A stretch of DNA of 64,000 bases. It comes from Eledone cirrhosa. Taxonomy: Eukaryota. The notes under the pieces are model-generated. The model worked only from the letters and a program-made list of their open reading frames with translations. It was not told the origin of the DNA and ran no database searches. Numbering within the stretch: the stretch's first letter is position 1; every line of letters starts with the position of its first letter. The DNA lies in the NCBI GenBank assembly GCA_964016885.1, contig OZ024747.1, positions 86,552,001 to 86,616,000 of the forward strand, read 5' to 3'. Below are positions 27,458 to 40,049 of this stretch, piece after piece. A program made the translations under genes and the position numbers.

Positions 27458-30045
27458 CCACCCAAGGAGGAAGTGCAAGAATTCTGGGAAAAGATCTGGG
27501 CCGAAGAAAAAGTTCATAACATACATGCCCCATGGATAGACAGACAAATGAAAGATACAGCTCACCTTGAGGAACAAACATGGGAAAATATAACAGTTGA
27601 ACAGTTGCGCTTGGCTCTAAGAAAAACCAGCAAATGGAAATCCCCAGGAAAAGACAAAATACAAAACTTTTGGATAAATGCCTTCACAGAGTCTCATGTG
27701 CTGTTAGCCCAACTTTACAATGAAATAGTTAAGGAGCCAGAAAAGATACCTTCATGGCTAGTTAACGGCATTACATTCCTGCTTCCGAAGAATGATGAGA
27801 CAAACAATCCCAAAAATTACAGACCGATAACTTGCTTGACCACAATGTATAAAATTTTAACATCAGTCCTAACTGAATACACATATGACCACCTGATAAC
27901 AAATGACCTATTTCCCATTGAGCAGAAAGGGTGTAAACGAGGCTCATATGGCTGTAAGGATCAGCTTCTGGTTAACAAAATGATACTGGAAGATTGTCAT
28001 AATAGACACAAAAATCTATCGATTGCTTGGATAGATTATAAAAAAGCATTTGATAGTTTGCCACACAGTTGGATTGAAAAATGTTTAGAGATTTTCAAAG
28101 TATCCCCCGTTGTTAGGAGGTTTTTGTCATTCAGTATGAAGACATGGAAAACGACACTCCTTTTGAATAGTGAAACAAAATCACTGGAAGCTGGAGAAGT
28201 TAATATTAAGTGTGGAATTTTTCAGGGTGACTCTTTATCACCGCTTTTATTCTGCATCGCACTTATACCATTAAGTAAAATGCTCAATGAAACAAAACAT
28301 GGATATAAAGTCTATGACAAAACCATTAATCACCTGTTCTACATGGATGACCTGAAACTATTTGCAAAAAATGATGAACAATTGCAAGGGCTATTATCCA
28401 CTGTGAAGCAGTTCAGTGATGACATTAAAATGGAGTTTGGACTAGATAAATGCGCCAAAGCAACGTTCACCAGAGGAAAGCTGCTGAAGAGTTCAGACAT
28501 TAATCTTGATCGGGGGAACGTGATAAGAGAACTTGATCAAGAAAAAACTTACAAATATCTAGGTGTTTGTGAAGGAGACGGAATCAAGCACTCGACAATG
28601 AGGGAAAGGATAAGGAAGGAATGTTACCGCAGAGTGAGAGCAATCTTAAAAACGGAATTGAATGCAAGGAATAGGATCGATGCCATAAACACGCTTGCCA
28701 TACCAGTAGTAACCTACAGTTACAATGTCATCAACTGGTCAAGCACAGAGATCCGTAGGCTCGATACAAAAATTCGAAAATTCTTAACCATGCACAGAAT
28801 GCATCACCCTAAAGCAGATATAGATAGAATATATCTCCCTAGGAACGAAGGAGGACGTGGGTTAATCCAGTTAGACATTGCGTTGAAAACTGCAACAATT
28901 GGATTATCTACATATCTAAGGGAATCACATGATTGGATGATCAAACTCGTTTTGAAACACGAAAGCATCAAAAGATCATATTCCATTACAAAAGATGCAC
29001 AAAGATACAGTAATGGACTACAAATTTCAGAAGTCCCATTTACTGCTGAAATGGAAAACACAGAAAAAGCAAAGCAGGTAAAAGTAACTGCAAAGAAAGA
29101 ACTGCTACAGAAACTGGCTAAGAAATGGCAAGAAAAGCCTCTGTATGGAAAATACCCAGAGCGAGCTAACAATCCTGATGTTGACAAAACTTTAATCCAT
29201 CAGTGGTTGGCATCCTCTGGACTGAAATCGGAGACTGAAGGACTGATTATATCGGCACAAGATCAGTGTCTGCCAACAAAAAATTACCAAGCCAACATAA
29301 TAAAAAATGGGTGCAGCCCATTATGCCGTGTATGCAAAAAACAACCAGAGACCATTGACCATATAATTTCAATGTGCAGTCCTATAGCTCCAACCGAATA
29401 CCTAAACAGGCATGACAGAGCTGCACAATACATACATTGGATAATGTGTAAGCATTTTGACCTGCCCCATCAAAAGAATTGGTGGGAGCATCAACCACCT
29501 CCCATACTTGAAAAAGATCACATCTCAATCTTGTGGAACTTTAGCATCCAAACAGACCGAAAAATAGATGCAAACAGACCTGATATAATATTGAAAGACT
29601 TTCAAAAGAGGGTATGCCTGCTAATTGATATGTCTGTTCCAATAGACAAGAATGTATCTATAAAAACATTTGAAAAATTGAGCAAGTATAAGGACCTGGA
29701 GATAGAAATTGGAAAAATGTGGAAATTGAGAACTAAAACAATACCAGTGGTTGTAGGCGCTCTGGGAATGATACCTAAGGGGTCTAATGATTACATATCG
29801 CAAATCCCAGGAAACCCGCGTATAGGAGAAATACAAAAGATAGTACTAATGGGAACTGCCCATATACTAAGGAAGATTCTGTCAATATAAGTACATCACA
29901 AGTCTAAACACTAAAGATGCATGTGTGAATATGTATGTTCTTTCTTGAACATGGCGGACCTTGTTGTCTCTTGAGGTCACTGGTTGTGACTTGGTGATAA
30001 CTCGTATGAACATAAAGCAAGATAAATGCAACTATAATAATAATA
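27455..30045 (+). mobile_element. R4/Dong-like non-LTR retrotransposon (RT + CCHC + restriction-like endonuclease), 5'-truncated
   Basis: The ORF is stop-free to 29890 and contains KSPGKD, NYRPITCL, WIDYKKAFDS, GIFQGDSLSP, FYMDD, YKYLG, CRVC..ETIDHIISMC, RHD, RPDII and IDMS..KY. A 3' UTR and TAA tail follow. Confidence 0.9.
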
Positions 30046-30061
30046 TATATATATATATATA

Positions 30062-30134
30062 TATAATGATTTCTTTATTAACCACAAGGGTTTACATAAA
30101 GTAGACCCTTGTGGTTAATAAAGAAATCATTATA
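30062..30134. repeat. Hairpin made of two inverted copies of the Tx1 3' terminus
   Basis: ATGATTTCTTTATTAACCACAAGGGT..ACCCTTGTGGTTAATAAAGAAATCAT. The left part matches ~57029-57067. Confidence 0.85.
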
Positions 30135-30945
30135 TATATATATATATAATATGACCGTGTGACTAGGAATTTTTATTTCACAATCACAAATTCCTTGGTT
30201 CAAACTCACTGCGTTACATGTGACATCATGGGTCTTCTTCGGATCGACCAACGATATGTGAATGAAAGTGAATAGACAGAAATCGTTTGGAAGCTCGTCA
30301 GATTGATTGTACCAATAATTCAAAGGGACGCTAATCTGGCCTGGGAATTATGTTAAAAATACAGCTGTCTGTAATACTCAACCACGTATAAGTTAATTCA
30401 TGGTTTAGACGTGAAGTTGATCGAACAACCTAATGCTCTTTGTCAAAACCGGCTAACAAATTTATCGTTGAATCAATTATAATGCATCATATTCTTCGTC
30501 CTGACACGCCTTGCTTTAGTTTGTATTGTTATGAAACAAAGTTACTTTTTAAAGAAGCTAATACTAAATTTGTTTGACTACATTTTACATTCTAATAAAG
30601 GTGGTGGTGTAAAGTGGATTTAGCGACATGTGTGTGGCACAGACAAAGAGACGGCTTAGTAGTGAGGGCCAAGGCATATTTTCACTACTCAGCTACCGAA
30701 CGTTTTATTGGTAAAATGATACTTATCAGGTATCCTTTTAAAATCTCATCCAATCCCAGGTAGTCACTGGACACTCCCAATGTGTCCGTATTGCCAAATT
30801 GCTTCTGCGGCGGTAGTTGATAAAAATGACCTTTTCCGTGACGTTTTCCGTGACGTTTTCCAAAGTCCGTTGGAAACAAAGTCCCGCTATACATTTCTTA
30901 GGGTTCAATAACATAAACTAAACTAATGCATTTTGTTCGAGTAGA

Positions 30946-31051
<106 letters not shown>

Positions 31052-31209
31052 TTAAGGATACTATTTATGGTTATGCATATACAAAAACCTTTTGTAGTTA
31101 TATATATTTTTCAAACCCTAAATAGTGATAGGCAGTAATATATTACTACCTTATTACCAGTAAGATAAATAGCTCAATGTAATAACATCAGTTGTTTTAC
31201 AAAGCAGTT

Positions 31210-32110
31210 ATATATAAGTTATATGAATCAAAGTTCTGTTCAAATCATTCATATGCTTACAATTGTTTCCTCCAAACCGGGGTTTGGATTCTTCGGAGCA
31301 ATTTATTAATGAATGATCACATATATGACCTCCTTTTCAACCCAAGAGACATACAGAAACATATGCATATATTGTTGCTTGGTGGGTCGACATCCATTAT
31401 AACATTTAGCGTGGCAGTATACATTTAAAGATTACATTCATATCAAATGAGGATAAAATTAAAATTAAAGTTAAAATACAATATGAAATTAATGCGATAG
31501 GATAGACAGAAGCAGTTAGTGTGTGCAATAGTTACACGTGTGGCAAGCACGTGTGTCTTATTTATATAATATTATAGTGCGGCAGGGTGTTACATGTAAT
31601 ACAAGCACTTCAAGTGGGTAATCAAGAGTATTAGGGGGGGGGGGGGTTGTACTGGTAATGTATCTTTTATATGAATGTTATAGAAGCTTGTGTGTAGAGA
31701 AATATTATAAATATTAAAAATATTAGAAATGTGTAGCAAAGCGATGATAAGGTTTTCGTGTACAACACCATTTTCACAGTCCGGAGAGCGTAATATCTAG
31801 ATTATGTGCCCCTTACATAATCCACGACGATTCAATATTGGACGTTTGATGATTCTGTTAGAGTATCATATTTCTTTTGATATGAATGTAATCTTTAAAT
31901 GTATACTGCCACGCTAAATGTTATAATGGATATCGACCCACCAAGCAACAATATATGCATATGTTTCTGTATGTCTCTTGGGTTGAAAAGGAGGTCATAT
32001 ATGTGATCATTCATTAATAAATTGCTCCGAAGAATCCAAACCCCGGTTTGGAGGAAACAATTGTAAGCATATAAATGATTTGAACAGAACTTTGATTCAT
32101 ATAACTTATA
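31210..32110 (-). mobile_element. Probable Penelope-like 3' fragment with ~237-bp inverted arms
   Basis: Positions ~31211-31447 are the reverse complement of ~31877-32112 with about 2 differences. The minus strand near 31860-31797 reads RIIKRPILNRRGLCKGHII* (P.LN motif). Each arm has a hammerhead-like motif. Confidence 0.6.
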
Positions 32111-33309
32111 TATATATATATATACTATATACTATAGTATAGTATAAGTTTGGTAGAAATTATCTGAGGGTAAGAACACTCAGTCCATAGGACGAGTTAA
32201 CTGTAATTAGTTACAGCAGTGATATATACTGGTAATTAAGTTTTGTCGGGTTAATAAGTGTAAATTATGGTTGTTGGTTTAACATTTAAGAAGTAAGATG
32301 TAAAACAATACTATCGAAAAGAAATGTATTATTTTTTCACGAAAATCGATGACAAAGTACAAATTCTGATTTATAGTCACATCATTCTAGAAGATAAATC
32401 TCATGTTTATTTCTTTCTCCAGACGTGTTCGTCACGCAATCTATATAGAATCTTCTATCTTCAATTATATGTTTTGGGTGTTAAGTGTCTGTCACGCTGG
32501 GAAGGGAATTGTAAGAGTGTGTATGTGCTAGAGAGAATGAGAGTGACGGTGGCGGTGATGGCAAAATTAATTTTCAATTTACCTAGTACGAAAAATATTC
32601 TCAATTTTCTAAAAATATATTTCACAAAACTTTAAAACCTACAAAATGATTGTATCATGTCCACAGGAAAATTTTAAATGTATTTGTTAATTATTATCAG
32701 ATAACATTGTAAAGTTAGACAAAACAATAATATTTGAATAAAACAAAAGGAAAAGGAGAAACTGAAAAGCAAAAACATCATAAAATGTCATATTGATCTT
32801 TAATACTTTTAGTTTGCATCTAATTAATTTCCACAGTGTCAGCTAATTTGTATTATAATAACTCTACAACCCTTTTGTTTGAAATTCAAATTCTACAATC
32901 TCAAAAAATGTTCTAAAATATACGCATAGAATTCATAGAACACAAATATAAACAAGTAGAGGTGAGCAAATGTTCTAAAATCTTCTCTGACCATTGTAAT
33001 ATGAATATGTCTCTATCTTACTTCTCATCTATCTCTGTAAATATGTATGTATATATGCACTAGAGCCAGTTGTATCGATCTTAAAGCAACGAAACAACGT
33101 ATCTCTAGCGAGATATGTATATGAAAAAAGAATTCCGCGTGACTAAAAATATATGAGCGAAGACGACAAAAAAAAAAAAAAAAAAAAAAAACGAACGACC
33201 ACTTTACTATAGCTTCTGATCGCTAAGTAGTAGTCGGAAACAGTCTGGGTGTCTGTGGAATTGATTGTTCTTGCAATTAATTTATAATTCAAAGTTCAGC
33301 CTTGTCACA

Positions 33310-34190
33310 TATTGTGGGACCGGCTGGGACTTAGCCCAGTAGACGTCCCTCCTCCTTCTCCCCCTGTTGACGTCAAGTCCCCCCAACGCACTTGGGATGC
33401 CATCCAGTGCAGCCTGGCCTCAGACAGGCTCACGCGCCAGCTCGACCAGCACCGCCTTGCTTGTTTTCGTGCGGCCTCCAAACCCCACAGTGGTGCCTGG
33501 CTCCATGCTCTGCCCTCCTTCTCCACTGGCACGCAGCTAGACAACCATAGCCTGCGAATCGGCGTTTCCCTGAGGCTCGGCCTCCGGATCTGCCAGCCAC
33601 ACGAATGTCGCTGCGGTTCCACCGTGAACTCTTTCGGCCTCCACCCGCTTTCCTGTCGCCACCGTGCCGGCCGCATTCCACGCCATACTGCCCTCAACGA
33701 GGTCATTAAGCATGGCTTGGACACTGCAGGATTCCATTCCCAGCTCGAGCCGGTGGGGCTGGATCGAGGGGACGGCAAACGGACAGATGGCATGACCATC
33801 TTCCCGTTCCGCGGTGGCAAACCCCTCGTCTGGGATGCCACTTGCACCGACACTTTCTGCAGCCGCAATCTGGTGCAGTCTGCGACTGACCCAGGTTCTG
33901 CTGCACGCCAGGCTGAGGGGGAAAAACTCCTCAAATACCTGTCGCTCTCCGACTGGTTTGCGGTCGTTCCCCTGGCAGTGGAAACTTCTGGTGTCCTCGG
34001 CCCCAGGGCTACCTCCTTACTCACCACCATAGGCGCTGAGCTGGCCAGCCGTAGGTGTGAGCCCCGCGAGTTGGAGTGGCTTTTCCAGCACGTCTCCCTT
34101 GCCGTCCTCCGGAGAAACGCCTTCTCCCTTCTGTCCGCCGGGGCTGTGGGTGGGCCCCATCGCGTACCATTACATTAGTTAAATACCATT
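33310..34190 (+). mobile_element. CRE-clade non-LTR retrotransposon 3' fragment (Zn finger + restriction-like endonuclease)
   Basis: SGAWLHALP, LRLG, CRCG..HPLSC..RH, KRTDG..P...GKPLVWDATCTDT, KY and VPLAVETSGVLG in a GC-rich island. Confidence 0.8.
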
Positions 34191-34325
34191 CTTTCGTTTC
34201 AAATACGTAATTACGCTGATTATATTTGACAATGACGTTAAGGATACACGCGTCAACTGAAGGCATAACCACTTCCAAATTAGTTTATGTGCTGACTGTT
34301 ACGTTGATCGAATATGAGCCTATAC

Positions 34326-34648
34326 TAGTCATGGGCAACCTGCGGCCCGTGGGCCGTATGTGGCCCGTGAACCTTTCTGAATGGCTCGCCTAAGCCACCT
34401 AAGTGAAATTTTTGTGATTTTTTTACCCAAACTTTTCTGTTGTAATTTATCTTTCTATCATTTTTTACGATCGAGGAAAACGGCGTGTACGAATTCTGAA
34501 GAAACAAATCAAAACAACCTGAGTTACCGCCCCTTTTTTAAAGAGAAGATTTTAATGTGGGCACGAATTTAAATTAGCGCTGGCAGCCCGCCTGATGATG
34601 AACCATATCTCATGCGGCCCGCTTCTCGAAAAAGGTTGCCCATGCCTG
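34326..34648. mobile_element. hAT-superfamily MITE with 8-bp TSD
   Basis: TIRs TAGTCATGGGCAACCT / AGGTTGCCCATGCCTG and subterminal GCGGCCCG motifs. TSD GCCTATAC at 34318-34325 and 34649-34656. Confidence 0.9.
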
Positions 34649-34751
34649 GCCTATACCGTAGCCTAGGTCCGATCCAAAGCTTAAAGGTTGTGAAGTCGGG
34701 TGGTTTATAATTCAAAGGTTCCCTTCATGTTGTGCCACGCTGATTCGTCGG

Positions 34752-34829
<78 letters not shown>

Positions 34830-34861
34830 TACACCTTCTATTCCATCATTTTTGGCTGCTA

Positions 34862-35075
34862 GGGTGGTAGATTGGCAATATCGGCTTTGCAGCATCGGAT
34901 TACGGCCCTTTACATTCTGAGTTCAAATCCCGCCGAGGTTAGTTTTGGTCTTCACCCTTACGGGGTCGATAAAAATGAAGCACCAGTAATGCACTGGGAT
35001 AAATTTAACAACCCATTTAATCGACTTTCTCCTCGCCTTCAAATTGCTGGCTTTGTGCCTAAAGTAGAAAATTAT
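34862..35075 (+). mobile_element. SINE family 1
   Basis: Head, GAGTTCAAATCCCGCCGAGG, core motif and tail. Confidence 0.85.
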
Positions 35076-35580
35076 TTCTGGTTGGTATAGTAGGCGGTTT
35101 GAGGTACGAGGTATTTGTTTCATTACTTCAGAAAGGAGAGTTATTGTAACAGTTTCAGTGATGTATTTATTACTTGGGCGGTGAGCTGTGTGGCGAGAAA
35201 TAGCGCTGGCAATGTTTCGCTTACATATTCGTTTAGGCTGTGACCATGCTAGATCAACAACTTGAAAAGTTAAGTCGATCACATCGACTCCAATATATAT
35301 TTCTCATTTCCTTTCTTCGAGCCACTAAGTTACGGAATATCGACAGACAGTGAATGTAAACACAGACCCAACTTAACCAAAACACGCTTATGGGTGTGGC
35401 ATTGCGTGCTAACAAAGATATAATTTACCCCGAGATGCTATCTCTGTTGATTAGATTTTGTAATGTTTTATATTTAGTTTCAATCTTGATAAGGTTAACT
35501 CGCTGACAAAACCAATAACAGACAGAATAATTATTGAGAAATTTGGAAACATTTCACACATTATTATTAATACTTATTTG

Positions 35581-35990
35581 ACGAGGTTGACTTTGCCTTT
35601 CATCCTTACGGGGTCGATAAAATAAAGTACCAGTAATGCACTGGGTAATTGCTGGCCTTGTGCCTAAAGTAGAAACAATTATTAATACTTATTTGAAGGG
35701 CAGTGGATTGGCAGTATCAGTAGAGGGTCGGACGCCATGCTTTCCACCATAGTTACGTTCCTTTAAGATCTGAGTTCAAATCCCGCCGAGGTTGACTTTG
35801 CCTTTCATCCTTACGGGGTCGATAAAATAAAGTACCAGTAATGTACTGGGTATTTGCTGGCCTTGTGCCTAAAGTAGAAACAATTATTAATACTTATTTA
35901 CTTATGGGGGTCGATAAAATAAAGTACCAGTAATGCACTGGGTAATTGTGGCCTTGTGCCAAAAAGTAGAAACAATTATTAATACTTATT
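35581..35990 (+). mobile_element. Stack of three SINE family 1 copies (truncated, full, truncated)
   Basis: Three core motifs are separated and flanked by four copies of ATTATTAATACTTATTT. Confidence 0.9.
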
Positions 35991-36555
35991 TACATAGCTT
36001 CAGAGAATCTTGAATTAGTTTTTAAGCATTCATTCCAGAAATTTTTATATGATATGTTTTTAATTACAATTAGGTGTTATTAATAATGTTTCCTAAATTA
36101 TTTTTTTTCTCGAAATATAAATGACGATATAACATTTAAAAAAACATCTATGCTTGATAATTGCTATATGCAGTCAATTGCCGATAATAAAACAGAAACA
36201 TATAAGTGCTAATAGAAAACAAGTTCTCCCAGCTTTGCAGATTAAATTAAAGAAATTAGTATCTTCATGTATTTAGGTATATAATTATGCATCAATGTTT
36301 GCATTACATGACAACCTCATTATCTCTACCCGCATATCACTCTGCAAAATTAAAACAATTAATACAGCTCTTCTCTTTCTTTCAATGAATATCTGCAGTA
36401 GATCAAACAAAACATTGCGACTGCAACATAAGCAACGAAGATACCAACACGCAATCGCATCACAATTAGAAATTGTACATTACGTTGCTTTAACACAGTT
36501 AAAACCATGACTAATGGTTAAAAAAAAAACCTTATAGAAGCTTTTGTATTCACAT

Positions 36556-36662
36556 TGTTTGGTCGCATATTCATGTTTGGTCGCATATTCATGTTTGGTC
36601 GCATATTCATGTTTGGTCGCATATTCATGTTTGGTCGCATATTCATGTTTGGTCGCATATTC
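36556..36662. repeat. 18-bp minisatellite (TATTCATGTTTGGTCGCA) x ~6
   Basis: Perfect tandem copies read directly. Confidence 0.95.
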
Positions 36663-39474
36663 TTCACGAGCCTCCAAGAGAGGTACGAGGAAGGAAAGAA
36701 GAACGGAAGGAACTGATATATCCTTAAACCGGAGCTCTGGCCCAAATACTTGCACTAATCAACAGAGTGGAATCTGTTAAAGACATCCAATAGTGAGATG
36801 GTGATGTTAAATTGCTGCATTGATTAAATCTACTACTTAAGTAAGATTTGAACATAGAATGCACAAAACTACAACAAATACATCAAAGCACCTCACCCAG
36901 AGTTCTAATGACTTTGTTAGTCCACCATCCTAGGTGTACTAGGTAAAGGGCTTTTAACTCTTGGTGGTGCCGCAAACGTACTGTCCTGAAACACGGCGTG
37001 TCTAGGGCATTTTAAATCTAGCAGAGCGTGTTCCTCTCCAGATCGGAGCACAGTTGATGTCTTCTAGAGAAAGAAAGAGAGATTAGAGATAGAAAGTGAT
37101 AAAGAGAGGTAGAGTAAGAATATACCCTAGTACTGGTCCGGTATTTTATTTATCAATTCTGGAAAGATTAACAGCAAAATTGACCTCGGCGGCATTCAAA
37201 TATATAACGCAAAGAGCCGGTACAAATACAACAAAATCTCCTATCCGAAGGTCTTACGACTCTATCGATCCGCTGTCTTAAATTGGACTATTACATTAGA
37301 ATATTATATTCGAAATGCAGAACCCTCAACTTACATATGTTATACCAACAGAGCAGTGAACGCCGCATAAGATATATTAACAAAATGTATCCAATACATA
37401 GACAATGAAACGGAAATTAATACTGATAAAACACGGTACACTAGATATACAAGTATTCAAAGCAAAAATAAAATACTACCAGGAATCAATATAAAACATA
37501 TACTTACAACAACGAACTTCACCAGCCTTTTATACTAGGCTAACACACTTCATTAACACTCTATATGGAAAGACTTCAATGTACACAGTACTCGTGCCAG
37601 TATAGCTTTAGATTGAATAAATCCATATGAATGAAATTTGGCAAATGGACACTATATAAAACTGAAGATCTGGAAACCGAAATATAAATGTTATAGTATC
37701 TGATTTTTAATATTCATATTATCGCTGATTTTATGCATGAGAGTAGGATTTCTGAAAATTTGCCAACTCCTTTAGCTATAACAAATGGCTTATTAGCTTG
37801 TAGTAATGTAAATACTTCAAAAGCATTGGCTGTAAATACTTCAAAATTACTTGGTAACTTAATTGTTAGAGGATAAAATAATATGAGACAAAAATCTTCA
37901 AAGGTCATAAAAAGCATGATTAATATTTTATTATGACAAAGGGGATATTCCCTCTTCAAGATATAAGCCCATTAGAATAAACAGATTCTCAAGATACAAT
38001 TGATACTTATACTAAATGTGTCAATGTACTGCTATAAATTTCTATTTACCGATGACCTAAACGCATTAATGCGAATTACATAAATGATCGCCTCTTTTGC
38101 CAAATCGATAAACAAATTTCAGTTTAAATTCATCGAACAATAAGTAACTCCGTGAAATGCTCGAAACATTGTGTTCAGAACCGGATACTCGTAATTTAGC
38201 ACCCTTCGCTGGTTCTACAACATACGCTCCCAGTTATGCACCCCATTCTGCCAAGTAATATCATAATTGGCAAATTGAGAAGCCCCTTCGTATTAATCTC
38301 TGTAATGCGTCTCTCTGAGTTTGTCTTATGTGACTAGCTAGTTCACTTTTATGGAAGTGCCAATCCAGGTTATATTGCGTACACTGTTGTTATTAGATTG
38401 GATAAATTCGTCCTCAATGTTGTAAACTGTCCAATTTCACACTATAAAACATTCGAAATTATGAATATTGATTTTACATTTAATATTTAAGTTTATAATG
38501 AAATATTCAAACGGAATAGTTTTTCTAGTCAGAGAGATGGCATATTCCCACAGTAAAAATCATTTTGTGTAAGATCGTCCCGGAATGAACGCTAGTACCT
38601 ATTACCATGTCAAATATGAAATTTTCCGTTTCCTTAAATACAAAATGATATTCATAAACCTTAAAGGTGCTAGACTTTAAACATTAGTACCACATCATTT
38701 TGTTGTGTTCAGGAAGCACTTCGGCAATTGAATCTTCACAGTAGAAGCTTGAAATCTCTAATTTAGAGATATCATTTAGCGGAATAGGTGTCGTGATTTT
38801 CAACAATTCAGTTAATAAATCGATCTCGAAACAATAGACAATAGCTGGAGCTCTGTGAGCAACCACGAAAAGCTTTCCTTCTCTAGGCTGTAGTTGTATA
38901 TCGTGACGATGCACATTTTTCTTACCAATTGTTTATTAGATTATAGGTAGGTCTTTTATGTTATAATGGTAAATAATTTAGTCCAAGCTTCGGAATCATG
39001 AGATATTTTTTATTAAGTTTGTTATCAGCGGAAATCTCATAAACCTTTATATGAATTGAAAGAGAAAAATTTAATTTGGTAGCATTTGAGATTTTATTTG
39101 CAAATTCATTGTGAAAAGGGTAAAGAATTTGCCGGAAGTATGTAAAGTCTATATTCGAGAGACAATCACCAAAAGAAGCGGGGTATTTTTTTTACTAAAT
39201 GTACAAATGTTATAGGATTGCAAATGTAATCGAAATATACGAGAGAAATCGTAGCTTTCAAATAGGAACGCTGTTATACCATTTAAACTCATTATTAAAA
39301 CCAGAATTGTGCAGTCGTCGCCATTGTAATAAGATAAGATTTTGATTGCCTGTCATGTGTACAGAATTGAAAGTGTAGTAATAAAGAAGTACTTACTATT
39401 AACACATTCTTTGTATCATGTGAATTGATAGAAATCCCTTGTGCGGCATTCAAATAGAATATACAAGACATTAT

Positions 39475-39635
39475 TTGGCAGTATCGGTAGAGGGTTGGAT
39501 GCCATGCTTTCTAGCATAGTTACATCCCTTTACAGTCTGAGTTCAAATCCCGCCGAGGTGAACTTTGTCTTTCATCCTTACGGGGTCGATAAAATAAAGT
39601 ACCTGGCCTTGTGCCTAAAGTAGAAACAATTATTA
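39475..39635 (+). mobile_element. SINE family 1 (internally shortened)
   Basis: Head, B box, core motif and tail. Confidence 0.85.
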
Positions 39636-40049
39636 TAAAGGTTGGGGCTTAAGCAAGTGAAGATAAAATAAATAAATAAAAATGTGCAAGTATATAATGA
39701 TTCGATTAACTGTCTGCGTAGTTTTACTATCTCTAACATTTATAGTGCTAGGGGGAATTACTTCATCAGAAAATAAAATGAATTTCTGGGACACGCGTGT
39801 TATTGTTAACTTCTTTACAGAAACGACATCATAATTAGTTGTTGCCTTGCAGTCCATCATCACGATATATTTTCAACCTAATGGCGAGTTATCAATAATA
39901 GCAAGAATAACCAATGATATTATTAATTTTAAATGAACACTTTCAATATATTTGCGTTGTAACTTAGCAAATCGGGGATAGTTACTATTTCATTGATTAT
40001 AAAACAAGCCTCTTGGAATTGGAACTGGTTTATGTTAACATTTCTTAGG

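Noticed and set aside
35561-36662. CRISPR-like repeat/spacer appearance of the SINE stack and the 18-bp array
   Set aside because: The context is eukaryotic with no cas genes. The spacers are SINE copies or absent.
37300-38950. Possible decayed RT or host exons (e.g. ORF 38684-38914)
   Set aside because: Only isolated weak motifs are present, so no family or splice structure can be supported by eye.
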